The notes under the pieces are model-generated. The model made no database searches and was not told the DNA's origin. It was given only the letters and a program-made list of their open reading frames with translations. Positions 17,591 to 25,246 of a stretch of DNA of 64,000 bases are shown one piece after another (positions within the stretch are counted from its first letter, which is position 1; the number at the start of each line of letters is the position of its first letter). Source of the stretch: a virus; the IMG/VR virus record IMGVR_UViG_3300035695_000003, positions 4,406-68,405 of that record; one strand, given 5' to 3'. The translations under genes and the position numbers were made by a program.

Positions 17591-18033
17591 CGTTCCCCCG
17601 GATCCAGAAGGCCGAGCTGCCAGAAGAGCGACGGGTGGTGCGACGTGCCGAGCACCGCGTGGAGCAGCTCGTGGCGCACGGTCTTCGGGTCGTCGACGTG
17701 AAGGTCGGCCAAGAACACGGCATCGATCCCGTCGCCCACGTAGGCGCCGTAGCAGCGCGCCGCCCGGGCGCACGCGAAGGTGTTGCCCCTGAGCGCGTAG
17801 AACTGCAGGTCGTCGAAGCGCGCGGCCGGCCTGCACCCGCACTCCTGCACGAGCTCCGCCCACCAGATCCGGTATTGCGCGGGCGGGACGAAGGCGCGCG
17901 ACGCGTCGTGCGTCTCTACGACCCATCGTGCCAGCGCCTCGGGCGCCAGCGGGGCCTCGCGCGCGGGTCCCACGCAGGCGCCGATCAACAGCACGAACGC
18001 AAACGCAAGCTCAACCGTAGATGCGCACTTCAT
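17587..18033 (-). CDS. secreted lipoprotein with an HExxH zinc-metallopeptidase motif
   Basis: MKCASTVELAFAFVLLIGACVGP (lipobox); ..DPKTVRHELLHAVLG.. HExxH. Confidence 0.5.
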   Translation of the reverse strand: MKCASTVELAFAFVLLIGACVGPAREAPLAPEALARWVVETHDASRAFVPPAQYRIWWAELVQECGCRPAARFDDLQFYALRGNTFACARAARCYGAYVGDGIDAVFLADLHVDDPKTVRHELLHAVLGTSHHPSLFWQLGLLDPGER

Positions 18034-18490
18034 CGCATGCCTCCTTGTTGTGGCATTCGCCGCCATCGCAGTGGCACGTGTCTTCGTACGCTCCCCACAG
18101 ATGCCCGCACGTCTCGCACCGTCGTGACAGGCCAAACGGCCAGACGCGCCACGTCGGACCGCCGCGCCACTTGCCGACGAACGCGTGGCACTCGCGGCCC
18201 GCCCGCGTGACGAGCGTCTGCTCGTCGTAGCCCGACTCCAGCAGCCGGACGAACATGATCACCCGCTCGTTCTCGATCTCGAAGACCTCGCCCGCCATCT
18301 CGGTGCCTGGCCTCGGCACCGCGCAGGCGACGGTCCTCGGCAGCTCGGGCACCAGTGGACCGAACGCCGGTGCCAGGCTCCAGCCGTCCACGACGTCTTC
18401 CGCGACGAAGCTGACGCCGGCCTTCCCGGCCAGCATCCGGCCGTGCCAGGCCTGCCCGCGCTTCAGCGTGCCGTAGAAAAAGAACCTCAT
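18011..18490 (-). CDS. gamma-glutamyl cyclotransferase-like (AIG2/GGCT fold) with a C-terminal Cys/His cluster
   Basis: MRFFFYGTLKRG.. (YGTL motif); catalytic-Glu region EVFEIENE; C-terminal CETCGH..CHCDGGECHNKEAC. Confidence 0.75.
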   Translation of the reverse strand: MRFFFYGTLKRGQAWHGRMLAGKAGVSFVAEDVVDGWSLAPAFGPLVPELPRTVACAVPRPGTEMAGEVFEIENERVIMFVRLLESGYDEQTLVTRAGRECHAFVGKWRGGPTWRVWPFGLSRRCETCGHLWGAYEDTCHCDGGECHNKEACDEVRIYG

Positions 18491-19437
18491 CTGGTTCTCC
18501 GTCTCTGTCTGGTGGTCTGCCGTCGGCTCGGGTTCGGCCGACGGTCCTGGTCCACGTCTCTGAAGGCGGCGACGACGTCTTCGGCCGGGAAGTCGCGCCC
18601 GAGGCCCGTCGCCAGGTCTTTCGTCTGCACCGTCCACCTTCCGTCCGCGTACAGCGCGCCCGTCACGCGGTACTCTCGCGCCTCGAACTCGAACACCTGC
18701 TCCAAGGCGGCGGCCAACCCCGGATGACGCCCCGCGCAGGCCTCGAAGCTCCGCTCTTGGCCCGCGGGCGGCGCCTGCGCCTCTGCCCGTCCGCTCGACG
18801 AAACGAACACGCCCGCGATCACCGTCGCGTCTGCCGCGACGAGCCCCCGCCGCGCGAGCCGCGCGACGATGGCCCTGCGCCCCGTCGTCGCGACGGCGCG
18901 CTCCTCGATCAAGACCACGGCCCTGCTGCCGCCCGCGGCCGTGACCGCGTATCTGTTCTGCGGCGTGTCCAGCACCTCGACGCGCTGGCCGTCGTCCGCG
19001 AAGACCACGAGCGTCTGGTCCATCGCGCGGTACTCCATGGTCGCCGGCACGACGGCCACCACGTCGCGCCGCACCGACTCGCGCCGGGCACCGCAGCATT
19101 GGGCGCAGTCGCACCGGTCTCCGTCTGGACCCGGCTGACCATCGTACGCCGCGACCGCGCGCTCGATCGCCTGCATCAGCGACCTCGTGCTCGGCAATCG
19201 TTCTGGACTTCTCGTCTGGCCGGTCTCGGCGTCCACGTACCGCGCCGATGCCCACGACACCGGCGTTGCCGGCGTCGTCTGCGGCAAGACGTGGGCATGA
19301 CCCAGGATCTGCCCGTCGATGCTCTCTACGATCGCGCCTGCCGCGGCGCGCTCGATGGCACGAAGGTCTTCAAGACTGAAGCTGACGGACGTCCCGTCGC
19401 TGGTTCCGCCCGGGAAGAGGGGGCGACGATCAGGCAT
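18487..19437 (-). CDS. hypothetical protein
   Basis: 316 aa; globular composition through most of its length; CDCAQCCG motif. Confidence 0.5.
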   Translation of the reverse strand: MPDRRPLFPGGTSDGTSVSFSLEDLRAIERAAAGAIVESIDGQILGHAHVLPQTTPATPVSWASARYVDAETGQTRSPERLPSTRSLMQAIERAVAAYDGQPGPDGDRCDCAQCCGARRESVRRDVVAVVPATMEYRAMDQTLVVFADDGQRVEVLDTPQNRYAVTAAGGSRAVVLIEERAVATTGRRAIVARLARRGLVAADATVIAGVFVSSSGRAEAQAPPAGQERSFEACAGRHPGLAAALEQVFEFEAREYRVTGALYADGRWTVQTKDLATGLGRDFPAEDVVAAFRDVDQDRRPNPSRRQTTRQRRRTR

Positions 19438-20044
19438 CTGCCGGCGCTCCGACGACCGGCGTCGTCCGGCGCCAGCGACCGACGTCGCGCCCGTGATATT
19501 CCCGCGCCGTCACGTCGTGGAAGCCGCGCCCCGCGTCGTGCAGCACGCGGTGCACCACCGCCTCGGGATCGCGCAGCGTCTCCAGGTTGGGCCATTGCGG
19601 CACGAGCCAGTCGACGAAGGCGCGCACGTTCATCCGCCGCTCCACCCCGTCCACGGGGGCCTTCATGATCTGGTGGTCGCGGCCGCCTTCTTCGAGCGGC
19701 CCGCGGCCCAGGTGGCGCTCCAGGACGAGCGCCACGAACGTCGGGTCGCGCCTGAGGCCGCCCGCGGCCTTCCGCCGGGCCGAGAGCGCCCGCCGTTCAT
19801 GCGCGCGCGCCACGGCCTCGCTCGCCTTGTCCCAGCTGACCTGCGCCAGCGCGGCCGTGGCCATCTCGCGCCCGCGGTGGCCGCAGCGCCGGCACGCCAC
19901 GCCGTGGACGTTGCTGCCGCCCGCCTTCGCGTAGGCGACGGGCGCGGGCTCGCCGCACTTCGGGCATGGCCAGAGCCCCGGCCTGTCGTGCGTCAGGACC
20001 GGCGGCGCGACAGCTTCCGGTTCGCGTAGCGTCGTGCCGACCAC
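19430..20044 (-). CDS. Zn-ribbon protein
   Basis: GTG 20044 estimated; ..LWPCPKCGEP..VACRRCGH.. Confidence 0.4.
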   Translation of the reverse strand: MVGTTLREPEAVAPPVLTHDRPGLWPCPKCGEPAPVAYAKAGGSNVHGVACRRCGHRGREMATAALAQVSWDKASEAVARAHERRALSARRKAAGGLRRDPTFVALVLERHLGRGPLEEGGRDHQIMKAPVDGVERRMNVRAFVDWLVPQWPNLETLRDPEAVVHRVLHDAGRGFHDVTAREYHGRDVGRWRRTTPVVGAPADA

Positions 20045-20214
20045 TTCCGGTTCCAGCCCCGCGGGAATCGCCCTTCGCCCCAATGCGTTCCCGTCCGGCT
20101 GTCCACGTGCTGGCCATGGCTCCCCGACATCCGGCAATCGAAGTCCGGGGCCTTCGTGTTGTACTGATGCGCCGTGCATCGCGTCTCCTTGGGCTTTCGC
20201 TGTTCGTCGGTCAT
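19993..20214 (-). CDS. small basic protein
   Basis: GGGAGA SD 8 nt before ATG 20214; MTDEQRKPKETRCTAHQYNTKAPDFDCRMSGSHGQHVD..; its 3' end overlaps the next gene by 52 nt in another frame. Confidence 0.35.
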   Translation of the reverse strand: MTDEQRKPKETRCTAHQYNTKAPDFDCRMSGSHGQHVDSRTGTHWGEGRFPRGWNRKWSARRYANRKLSRRRS

Positions 20215-20229
20215 CGCAGGATCTCCCGT

Positions 20230-20574
20230 TCATGCCGTCCGGCGCGGGCCGCGCGGCCTGTTGAGCCGCGCGCCCGCCATGTGCTCCTCGTCGTACCAGC
20301 GCTCTGCCGCTTCCAGGTCCGCGTCCGTGATCCGTCCGTCGGCACCCGTCGCGCACAGCAGGCCGCGCGACACGCGCGGCGGTGCAGGCGGCGGACGTCG
20401 CCGGACCGCGCCGCGCAAGAGCGCGAGCGGCAGCCGGACGCAGAGCGTCGTGACGATCTCCGCCGCCGCGAGCAGGAGCGCGACCAGCCACGACGTGGCG
20501 AGCGCGGCGAGCCAGAGCCCGCCGAGCCCGCCCGCGCCGCCGCGCCTGCGCGACCCGCGCATCATCCCTCTCAT
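20230..20574 (-). CDS. possible membrane protein
   Basis: ..LGGLWLAALATSWLVALLLAAAEIV.. TM; the rest is R/P-rich, so uncertain. Confidence 0.3.
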   Translation of the reverse strand: MRGMMRGSRRRGGAGGLGGLWLAALATSWLVALLLAAAEIVTTLCVRLPLALLRGAVRRRPPPAPPRVSRGLLCATGADGRITDADLEAAERWYDEEHMAGARLNRPRGPRRTA

Positions 20575-20942
20575 CTCGCGTGCCGTCCTAGCGCGTTCCG
20601 CACGGACTCGGGCGTCAGCCGGAAGCGTCTGCCCGAGCTCGTTTCGGTCGCCTCGATGGGCATGCGGCGCGCCCGCGCGTTCCAGCCGGTGATGACGAAC
20701 GTGCGCCGTTGGATCGTCACCGTGCGGCCGAGGTCTTCAGCGGTCAGGCCAAAATGCCGGCCGAACACGCCGAAGCTGTGCTTGGCCATCGCGTCCGCCG
20801 TCCATTGCGCGCTGTTCGCCTCTTCCAGCGCCGCGATCAGCTCGCGCAGCAGCAGCGCCGGCAGCAGGTCCGCGTCCGCGGTCCCGACGGGCCAGGTGCG
20901 CGCCACCTCGTCCTTGATCTCTTGCAGTCGTCGCCTGTCCAT
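20571..20942 (-). CDS. hypothetical protein
   Basis: MDRRRLQEIKDEVARTWPVGTADADLLPALLLRELIAALEEANSAQW.. Confidence 0.5.
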   Translation of the reverse strand: MDRRRLQEIKDEVARTWPVGTADADLLPALLLRELIAALEEANSAQWTADAMAKHSFGVFGRHFGLTAEDLGRTVTIQRRTFVITGWNARARRMPIEATETSSGRRFRLTPESVRNALGRHAR

Positions 20943-21000
20943 GTGCCTCGCTTTCTCGTGTGCCGTAAGATAACATCTTTCACGCCGCAACGCCAGTGCG

Positions 21001-21174
21001 TCAGATCGGCTCCCAGCCGTCGCCGATCTGGCGCGCGTCGAGCACGTCCTCGTTGCCGTGCTTGTCGACGACCACGAACAGCGGGCCCTCGGGCTCGTCG
21101 TCGTGGCGCTCGAGGATGAAGCGCCAGCCGTCTTCGTCGGAGCGCTGCATGCCGGCCGTCGGCAGGTTAGCCAT
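21001..21174 (-). CDS. small acidic protein (not in ORF track)
   Basis: MANLPTAGMQRSDEDGWRFILERHDDEPEGPLFVVVDKHGNEDVLDARQIGDGWEPI. Confidence 0.35.
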   Translation of the reverse strand: MANLPTAGMQRSDEDGWRFILERHDDEPEGPLFVVVDKHGNEDVLDARQIGDGWEPI

Positions 21175-21553
21175 AGACCACCTCGCCGAACAGGCCCGCC
21201 TGCACCACCGCGTCCGCGTCGTCTGCGTCGTAGGTCTCGTCCATCACGTTCGCCCACGTGATCCGCGACAAGGGAAACTTGTCGTGGCTCGGCGCCTTCT
21301 TCGCGTCGTCCCAGCCGCCGACCGTCACCAGGTCGTCGTGCAGCCGTTGCAGTCCCAGCTTGATCGTGCCGAGGTCGATCCGGTGCTCCGGCTCGCCGTC
21401 GCGCTCGACTTCCACGACCACGGCGTAGGCGTCCAGTGCCGGCGCGCCGTCCCGCGTCGCCCAATGGTACGCCTTGCAGCGCGACCAGTAGCCGATCCCG
21501 CCTTCCAGCGCGGTCGTGAACAGGTCGTGCAGCAGCAGTTCGTCCTCGGTCAT
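21167..21553 (-). CDS. hypothetical protein
   Basis: MTEDELLLHDLFTTALEGGIGYWSRCKAYHW.. Confidence 0.5.
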   Translation of the reverse strand: MTEDELLLHDLFTTALEGGIGYWSRCKAYHWATRDGAPALDAYAVVVEVERDGEPEHRIDLGTIKLGLQRLHDDLVTVGGWDDAKKAPSHDKFPLSRITWANVMDETYDADDADAVVQAGLFGEVVYG

Positions 21554-21762
21554 GGGTCTCTCCCGCGCGAGTACACGGTCGTCGTGGTGCTGCCGTCTTG
21601 GTAGTCGAATGCCAGGTCGCGGTCCGCGCCACAACGGCAGCTCTGCTGCACTAGCTCGCCGTTGTCGAACGTCGTCTTCCACCGGTGCGCATGGACGCGA
21701 GGCCTCGCGCGCCGCGTCAGGCCCGCGCCGCGGCGCACCGTGGTTCTCCGGCCGTCAGCCAT
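21550..21762 (-). CDS. small Cys-containing protein
   Basis: ..ELVQQSCRCGADRDLAFDYQDGSTTTTVYSRGR.. Confidence 0.45.
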   Translation of the reverse strand: MADGRRTTVRRGAGLTRRARPRVHAHRWKTTFDNGELVQQSCRCGADRDLAFDYQDGSTTTTVYSRGRDP

Positions 21763-22045
21763 CGGCGTCTCGCGCCATGTCGCCGAGCTCTTCCTTCAGG
21801 CTCTTCATGAACTCGGTCTTGGTCATCGGCCGCGACACCCCGCGCGCCACCATGTGGCCGGGCATCTGCACGTCCCAGCTCTCGTAGGGCGTGTCGGCCA
21901 TCGCCTCGGCGATGTCGTTCGCCTCGGCGTCCGTGCACCGCACCACCGTCACGCCGATCTCGTCCAGCTTGCTCCAGCCCGAGAGCGTCGACAGCACGAC
22001 GTAGATCCGCTTCGTGCTTGCCTTCTTCGTCTTCTTTCTGGTCAT
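21755..22045 (-). CDS. hypothetical protein
   Basis: MTRKKTKKASTKRIYVVLSTLSGWSKLDEIGVTVV.. Confidence 0.5.
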   Translation of the reverse strand: MTRKKTKKASTKRIYVVLSTLSGWSKLDEIGVTVVRCTDAEANDIAEAMADTPYESWDVQMPGHMVARGVSRPMTKTEFMKSLKEELGDMARDADG

Positions 22046-22317
22046 ACCCGCCTCCCCTCGTCGAAGACGGACACCGGAAACCTGCGGCCGAGCGCGCCGT
22101 CTGCCGCGCCGCCCGCGTGGCGGGCCAAGAATCGCAGCCACGCCGCCGGGTCCAGCCACCACGTCGCCTGCTCCATCCGACCCGCGCCGCAGGCCCGCGC
22201 CGTGATCTTCCGCAGCCGGCGCTCCGTCTCCGCCACGACCCGCGTCCCCCGCGCGCCGCCCTGCTCCAGCGCGACGACCTGCACGGTCTCTTCGACCACG
22301 TCGCCTGTCCTGATCAT
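22042..22317 (-). CDS. hypothetical protein
   Basis: MIRTGDVVEETVQVVALEQGGARGTRVVAETERRLRKI.. Confidence 0.45.
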   Translation of the reverse strand: MIRTGDVVEETVQVVALEQGGARGTRVVAETERRLRKITARACGAGRMEQATWWLDPAAWLRFLARHAGGAADGALGRRFPVSVFDEGRRV

Positions 22318-22421
22318 CTGTGCCTCAGCAGCACGACGGCCAGGATCGTCAGCCACAACGCCACCGTGACGACGATCAGCAGCAGGTCTTTCCAGCTCTC
22401 GCCCTTCTTCCAGCCGCTCAT
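22314..22421 (-). CDS. tiny single-TM peptide
   Basis: MSGWKKGESWKDLLLIVVTVALWLTILAVVLLRHR. Confidence 0.3.
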   Translation of the reverse strand: MSGWKKGESWKDLLLIVVTVALWLTILAVVLLRHR

Positions 22422-22744
22422 CGCGTGCCCCGGTCGCCCGTCGCGCGCGCGACGTCGCAGTCTGCCGCGCAGCCCTGGTGGCGCATCCGCCCGCACCCCG
22501 AACAGCTGGCGCCGGAGTTCGACATCGGCTGCACCCATTGCGTCTGCCGGAGCAGCTCCGTCAGGTACTCGATCCGCCGCTCGTCGTGGTGATCCAGCGT
22601 CCAGCGCACGTGCGCCGTCGCCCCGATCACGTCGCGCGACTCGACGGAGCCGGCCACCTGCTCGGGCTGGCCGTGCTCGCCCGCGTGGTAGCGCTCGAGC
22701 AGCAACACCAGCAACTTCAGCTCGTCCTTGTCCAGCTTCTTCAT
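22418..22744 (-). CDS. hypothetical protein
   Basis: MKKLDKDELKLLVLLLERYHAGEHGQPEQVAG..; C-terminal CSGCGRMRHQGCAADC. Confidence 0.55.
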   Translation of the reverse strand: MKKLDKDELKLLVLLLERYHAGEHGQPEQVAGSVESRDVIGATAHVRWTLDHHDERRIEYLTELLRQTQWVQPMSNSGASCSGCGRMRHQGCAADCDVARATGDRGTR

Positions 22745-22771
22745 GCGTCGGTCCTTTCGTCGGGCTTCTCT

Positions 22772-22829
22772 GGCCTCGTCAGCGCGGGCCTGACCCGCGG
22801 ACCGGCCCGTGCGGGCGCCGGTTTCGGCC
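22772..22829 (-). ncRNA. type II hammerhead ribozyme (copy A)
   Basis: Minus-strand RNA: GGCC-GAAA-[helix III CCGGCGCCCGCACGGGCCGG]-U-C / cleavage / [helix I CGCGGG-UCAGG-CCCGCG]-CUGACGA-GGCC. Every invariant hammerhead core nucleotide is present (C3U4G5A6N7G8A9, G12A13A14, A15.1:U16.1, GUC cleavage triplet, G10.1:C11.1). The 5' G overlaps the UAG stop of the upstream gene. Confidence 0.8.
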
Positions 22830-23380
22830 TACCAGCGCGAGTCCCAGTCCTCCTCTTCGTAGGCCCGCACGTTCTCGACCAGCGTCGCCCGCTTCACGAG
22901 CCCGTGCCGAACCGCCGTCGCGACGCCCAGCTCGAAGTACGTCCGCGGCGCCTTCAGGACCCGCCGCAGCCGCTGCACCGTCGTGATCTCGTCCGTCACG
23001 TCTTCGCCGCCCGCGGCGTCGAAGCCCTCGATGAAGTGCTCCACGTCGTCGACGTCGACGCGGAGGATCCGCGCTGCCGCGCTCGTCTCGTTCGCCACGT
23101 CGTCGACCGAGTTCTTCATGAGGATCACCGCGGCCATCGCGCAGGCCTCGTCGTCGCGGTCGCACACCCACGCGCGCTCCGTCCCCGGCTCCACCGGCAC
23201 GTCGCGCGTCGCGAGCTGGTTCTGCTCGAGCGTCTCGAGCGCCTGCCGCTCGATGCCCCACGTGCCGGTCACCAGCGTCACGCGCCCGATCTTCTTCATG
23301 CGCCGGATCGACTGGTCCACGACCTCGCGCGTGGACGCCAGCGTGCCGTGCCGCCATCCCGATCTCTTCGGCTTCGCCAT
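22829..23380 (-). CDS. hypothetical protein; gene flanked by the two hammerheads
   Basis: 183 aa, MAKPKRSGWRHGTLASTREVVDQSIRRMKKIGRVTLVTGTWGIERQALE..; SD GAAAGGGGAG before ATG 23380. Confidence 0.6.
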   Translation of the reverse strand: MAKPKRSGWRHGTLASTREVVDQSIRRMKKIGRVTLVTGTWGIERQALETLEQNQLATRDVPVEPGTERAWVCDRDDEACAMAAVILMKNSVDDVANETSAAARILRVDVDDVEHFIEGFDAAGGEDVTDEITTVQRLRRVLKAPRTYFELGVATAVRHGLVKRATLVENVRAYEEEDWDSRW

Positions 23381-23402
23381 CGTGCTCCCCTTTCTTGGTT
23401 CT

Positions 23403-23468
23403 GGCCTCGTCAGCGCCGGCGTCTACCGGCGGACCTGCACGGGCCCGAAGGCCCGGCAGGTTTCGGCC
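23403..23468 (-). ncRNA. type II hammerhead ribozyme (copy B)
   Basis: Minus-strand RNA: GGCC-GAAA-[helix III CCUGCCGGGCC-UUCG-GGCCCGuGCAGG]-U-C / cleavage / [helix I CGCCGG-UAGACG-CCGGCG]-CUGACGA-GGCC. Same invariant core as copy A, with a UUCG-capped helix III. Confidence 0.8.
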
Positions 23469-23470
23469 TG

Positions 23471-23989
23471 CTACTCGACCAGCGCGATCCCGCCTTCGGG
23501 CGCGGGCTCCTCCTCGCCGAGCGTCTCCTCGGCCTCGGGCGTCGCCGCCGGCACGGGCTGCGCGGGCTGCGGCGCGGTCACCTGCCCGCCCTCCGCGCCC
23601 GTCAGGTACACGTGGCCCGTCAGCTGCACGATCTCCACGTCCCGGTCGGCGACCGTCTGGTTCTCCTGGAGCTCGCCCTGACACAGGTGGCTCACCTGCG
23701 GGTCCGCCAGGACGGCGTCGATCACGAGCGCCCGCGCCGCCTGCGCGCTGGCCGCCGCGACCACGAAGTTCCGCTGCTGCCGGCCCGTGGACTCGCCCGT
23801 GGCCGTGTCCATCACGTCGGCGTAGACGGTCGCCTTGAACAGCCGCCGCGCCACCGGGATCAGCCCGCCGGCACCCTTGATCGCGTGGATGGCGTCGGCC
23901 ACGGCGTACGAGCCGCCTTCGTCCGAGGCCTGGAACTGCTCCAGCAGGAGCCGGAGCGCCATCTTGCCCTTCTTGTGCATCGTCGACAT
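23471..23989 (-). CDS. hypothetical protein
   Basis: MSTMHKKGKMALRLLLEQFQASDEGGSYAVADAIHAIKGAGGLIPVARRLF.. Confidence 0.6.
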   Translation of the reverse strand: MSTMHKKGKMALRLLLEQFQASDEGGSYAVADAIHAIKGAGGLIPVARRLFKATVYADVMDTATGESTGRQQRNFVVAAASAQAARALVIDAVLADPQVSHLCQGELQENQTVADRDVEIVQLTGHVYLTGAEGGQVTAPQPAQPVPAATPEAEETLGEEEPAPEGGIALVE

Positions 23990-23993
23990 TCGT

Positions 23994-24227
23994 CTACTCC
24001 TCTTTCCGCAGGAAACCGGCCGCCACGAGCGAGGCCAAGAACCTCGCCGCCGTTGCCGGGTCGATCAGCGGGGCGCCCGGCCGCTGCTCGTGGCAGCGCC
24101 GGCTCACCTCGCGCATGTAGGGCCCCTTCTGGTCCATCTCCATCCACGCGGCGCGCGTCATCTTGCGCACCACGACCCGCGCCGTCGGGCCGGCGAACGT
24201 CTTGCCGCCGCCGTCCGCGTACCGCAT
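23994..24227 (-). CDS. hypothetical small protein translationally coupled to the GATase gene
   Basis: TGATG stop/start junction at 24225-24229; MRYADGGGKTFAGPTARVVVRKMTRAAWMEMDQKGPYMREVSRRCHEQ.. Confidence 0.4.
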   Translation of the reverse strand: MRYADGGGKTFAGPTARVVVRKMTRAAWMEMDQKGPYMREVSRRCHEQRPGAPLIDPATAARFLASLVAAGFLRKEE

Positions 24228-25246
24228 CAGTCCCCCTTTCCCGTCAGTGCCCGCCGCGCCTCGTCGCGCGCGGCCTCGTGGACCCACTTCCCGTCGCGCC
24301 ACTCGTCGCCGCGGCGCCAGCTGGTGGCCGCCACCGCGCACGAGGAACAGAGCCGGACCCCGTTGATCGTGGCCATCTCGAACGGCTTCCACAGGTCGAG
24401 GCACGACCCGCACTTCTCGTACTCCTGGCCGTTCTGGCCCCAGATCTTCGTCGTGCCGAGCTGGGCGCGCCGTTTCTTGCCGCCCTTCTTCTGCGTCTTC
24501 CCGGCCCACCACCAGCTGGCCCGCGGGCTCTCGCCCGGCCGGTAGCGCACGAGCACGCCTTCGTCCAGCTCGCTGGTGCCGTTGCACGTGAGCCGGCTCA
24601 GCTCGACGGCGGCCGTCAAGATGTCCTTCGTGCTCGCGAAGGCCACCGCGTTCAGCTCGGCGACCCGCGTCCGCCACAGGGGATTCCCGCGCCGCGTCAG
24701 CCACAGCTCGGGCTCTCCGTCCGTGCCCTGTCGGCCCAGCGCCAGCGCCAGCGAGCCCTCGGCGCGCCGGAGCATCTTGCCCCAGCCGGCCGCGGGCTCG
24801 ACCGCGAGCGCCGCGATGAGGTTCGCCGAGTCGACGGCGTAGGTCGTGCCGCCCCGCGCGACGAACCGCGCGTGGTTGTTGATCACGCCGTTGTGCACGC
24901 CGACCGTCTCCGTGCCGTCCTCGTCCGCGAAGGCGAACGGGTGCGCGTTGGCGTCGGTCACCGCGCCGTGCGTGGCGAACCGCGTGTGCCCCACCAGCGC
25001 GAGCGTCGCGCCGTTCGGGACCACGAGGGCCTTCCATGCCGGATCGGCGATCAGCTCCCACGCGGGCACCGCCCGCTTGAGCACGTGCGCTGGCTCGCCC
25101 GCGTCCAGCCTGTACAGGCCGGCCGAGTCCGTCCCCCGCGCCGTCGAGAGCGCCGCCAGGCTCGCCGCGAGGCGCGCCCAGCCTGCCTTCTCGGCCTCGG
25201 TCAGCGCCGGGCCCTTCGTTCTGATGATGCCGTAGATGCCGCACAT
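24227..25246 (-). CDS. class-II (Ntn-type) glutamine amidotransferase-like protein with a C-terminal Zn-finger
   Basis: Starts MCGIYGIIRT (Cys-2 nucleophile, hallmark of GATase-II/Ntn hydrolases); ..HTRFATHG..NAHPF.. core; C-terminal CGSCLDLWKPFEMATINGVRLCSSC. Confidence 0.8.
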   Translation of the reverse strand: MCGIYGIIRTKGPALTEAEKAGWARLAASLAALSTARGTDSAGLYRLDAGEPAHVLKRAVPAWELIADPAWKALVVPNGATLALVGHTRFATHGAVTDANAHPFAFADEDGTETVGVHNGVINNHARFVARGGTTYAVDSANLIAALAVEPAAGWGKMLRRAEGSLALALGRQGTDGEPELWLTRRGNPLWRTRVAELNAVAFASTKDILTAAVELSRLTCNGTSELDEGVLVRYRPGESPRASWWWAGKTQKKGGKKRRAQLGTTKIWGQNGQEYEKCGSCLDLWKPFEMATINGVRLCSSCAVAATSWRRGDEWRDGKWVHEAARDEARRALTGKGD

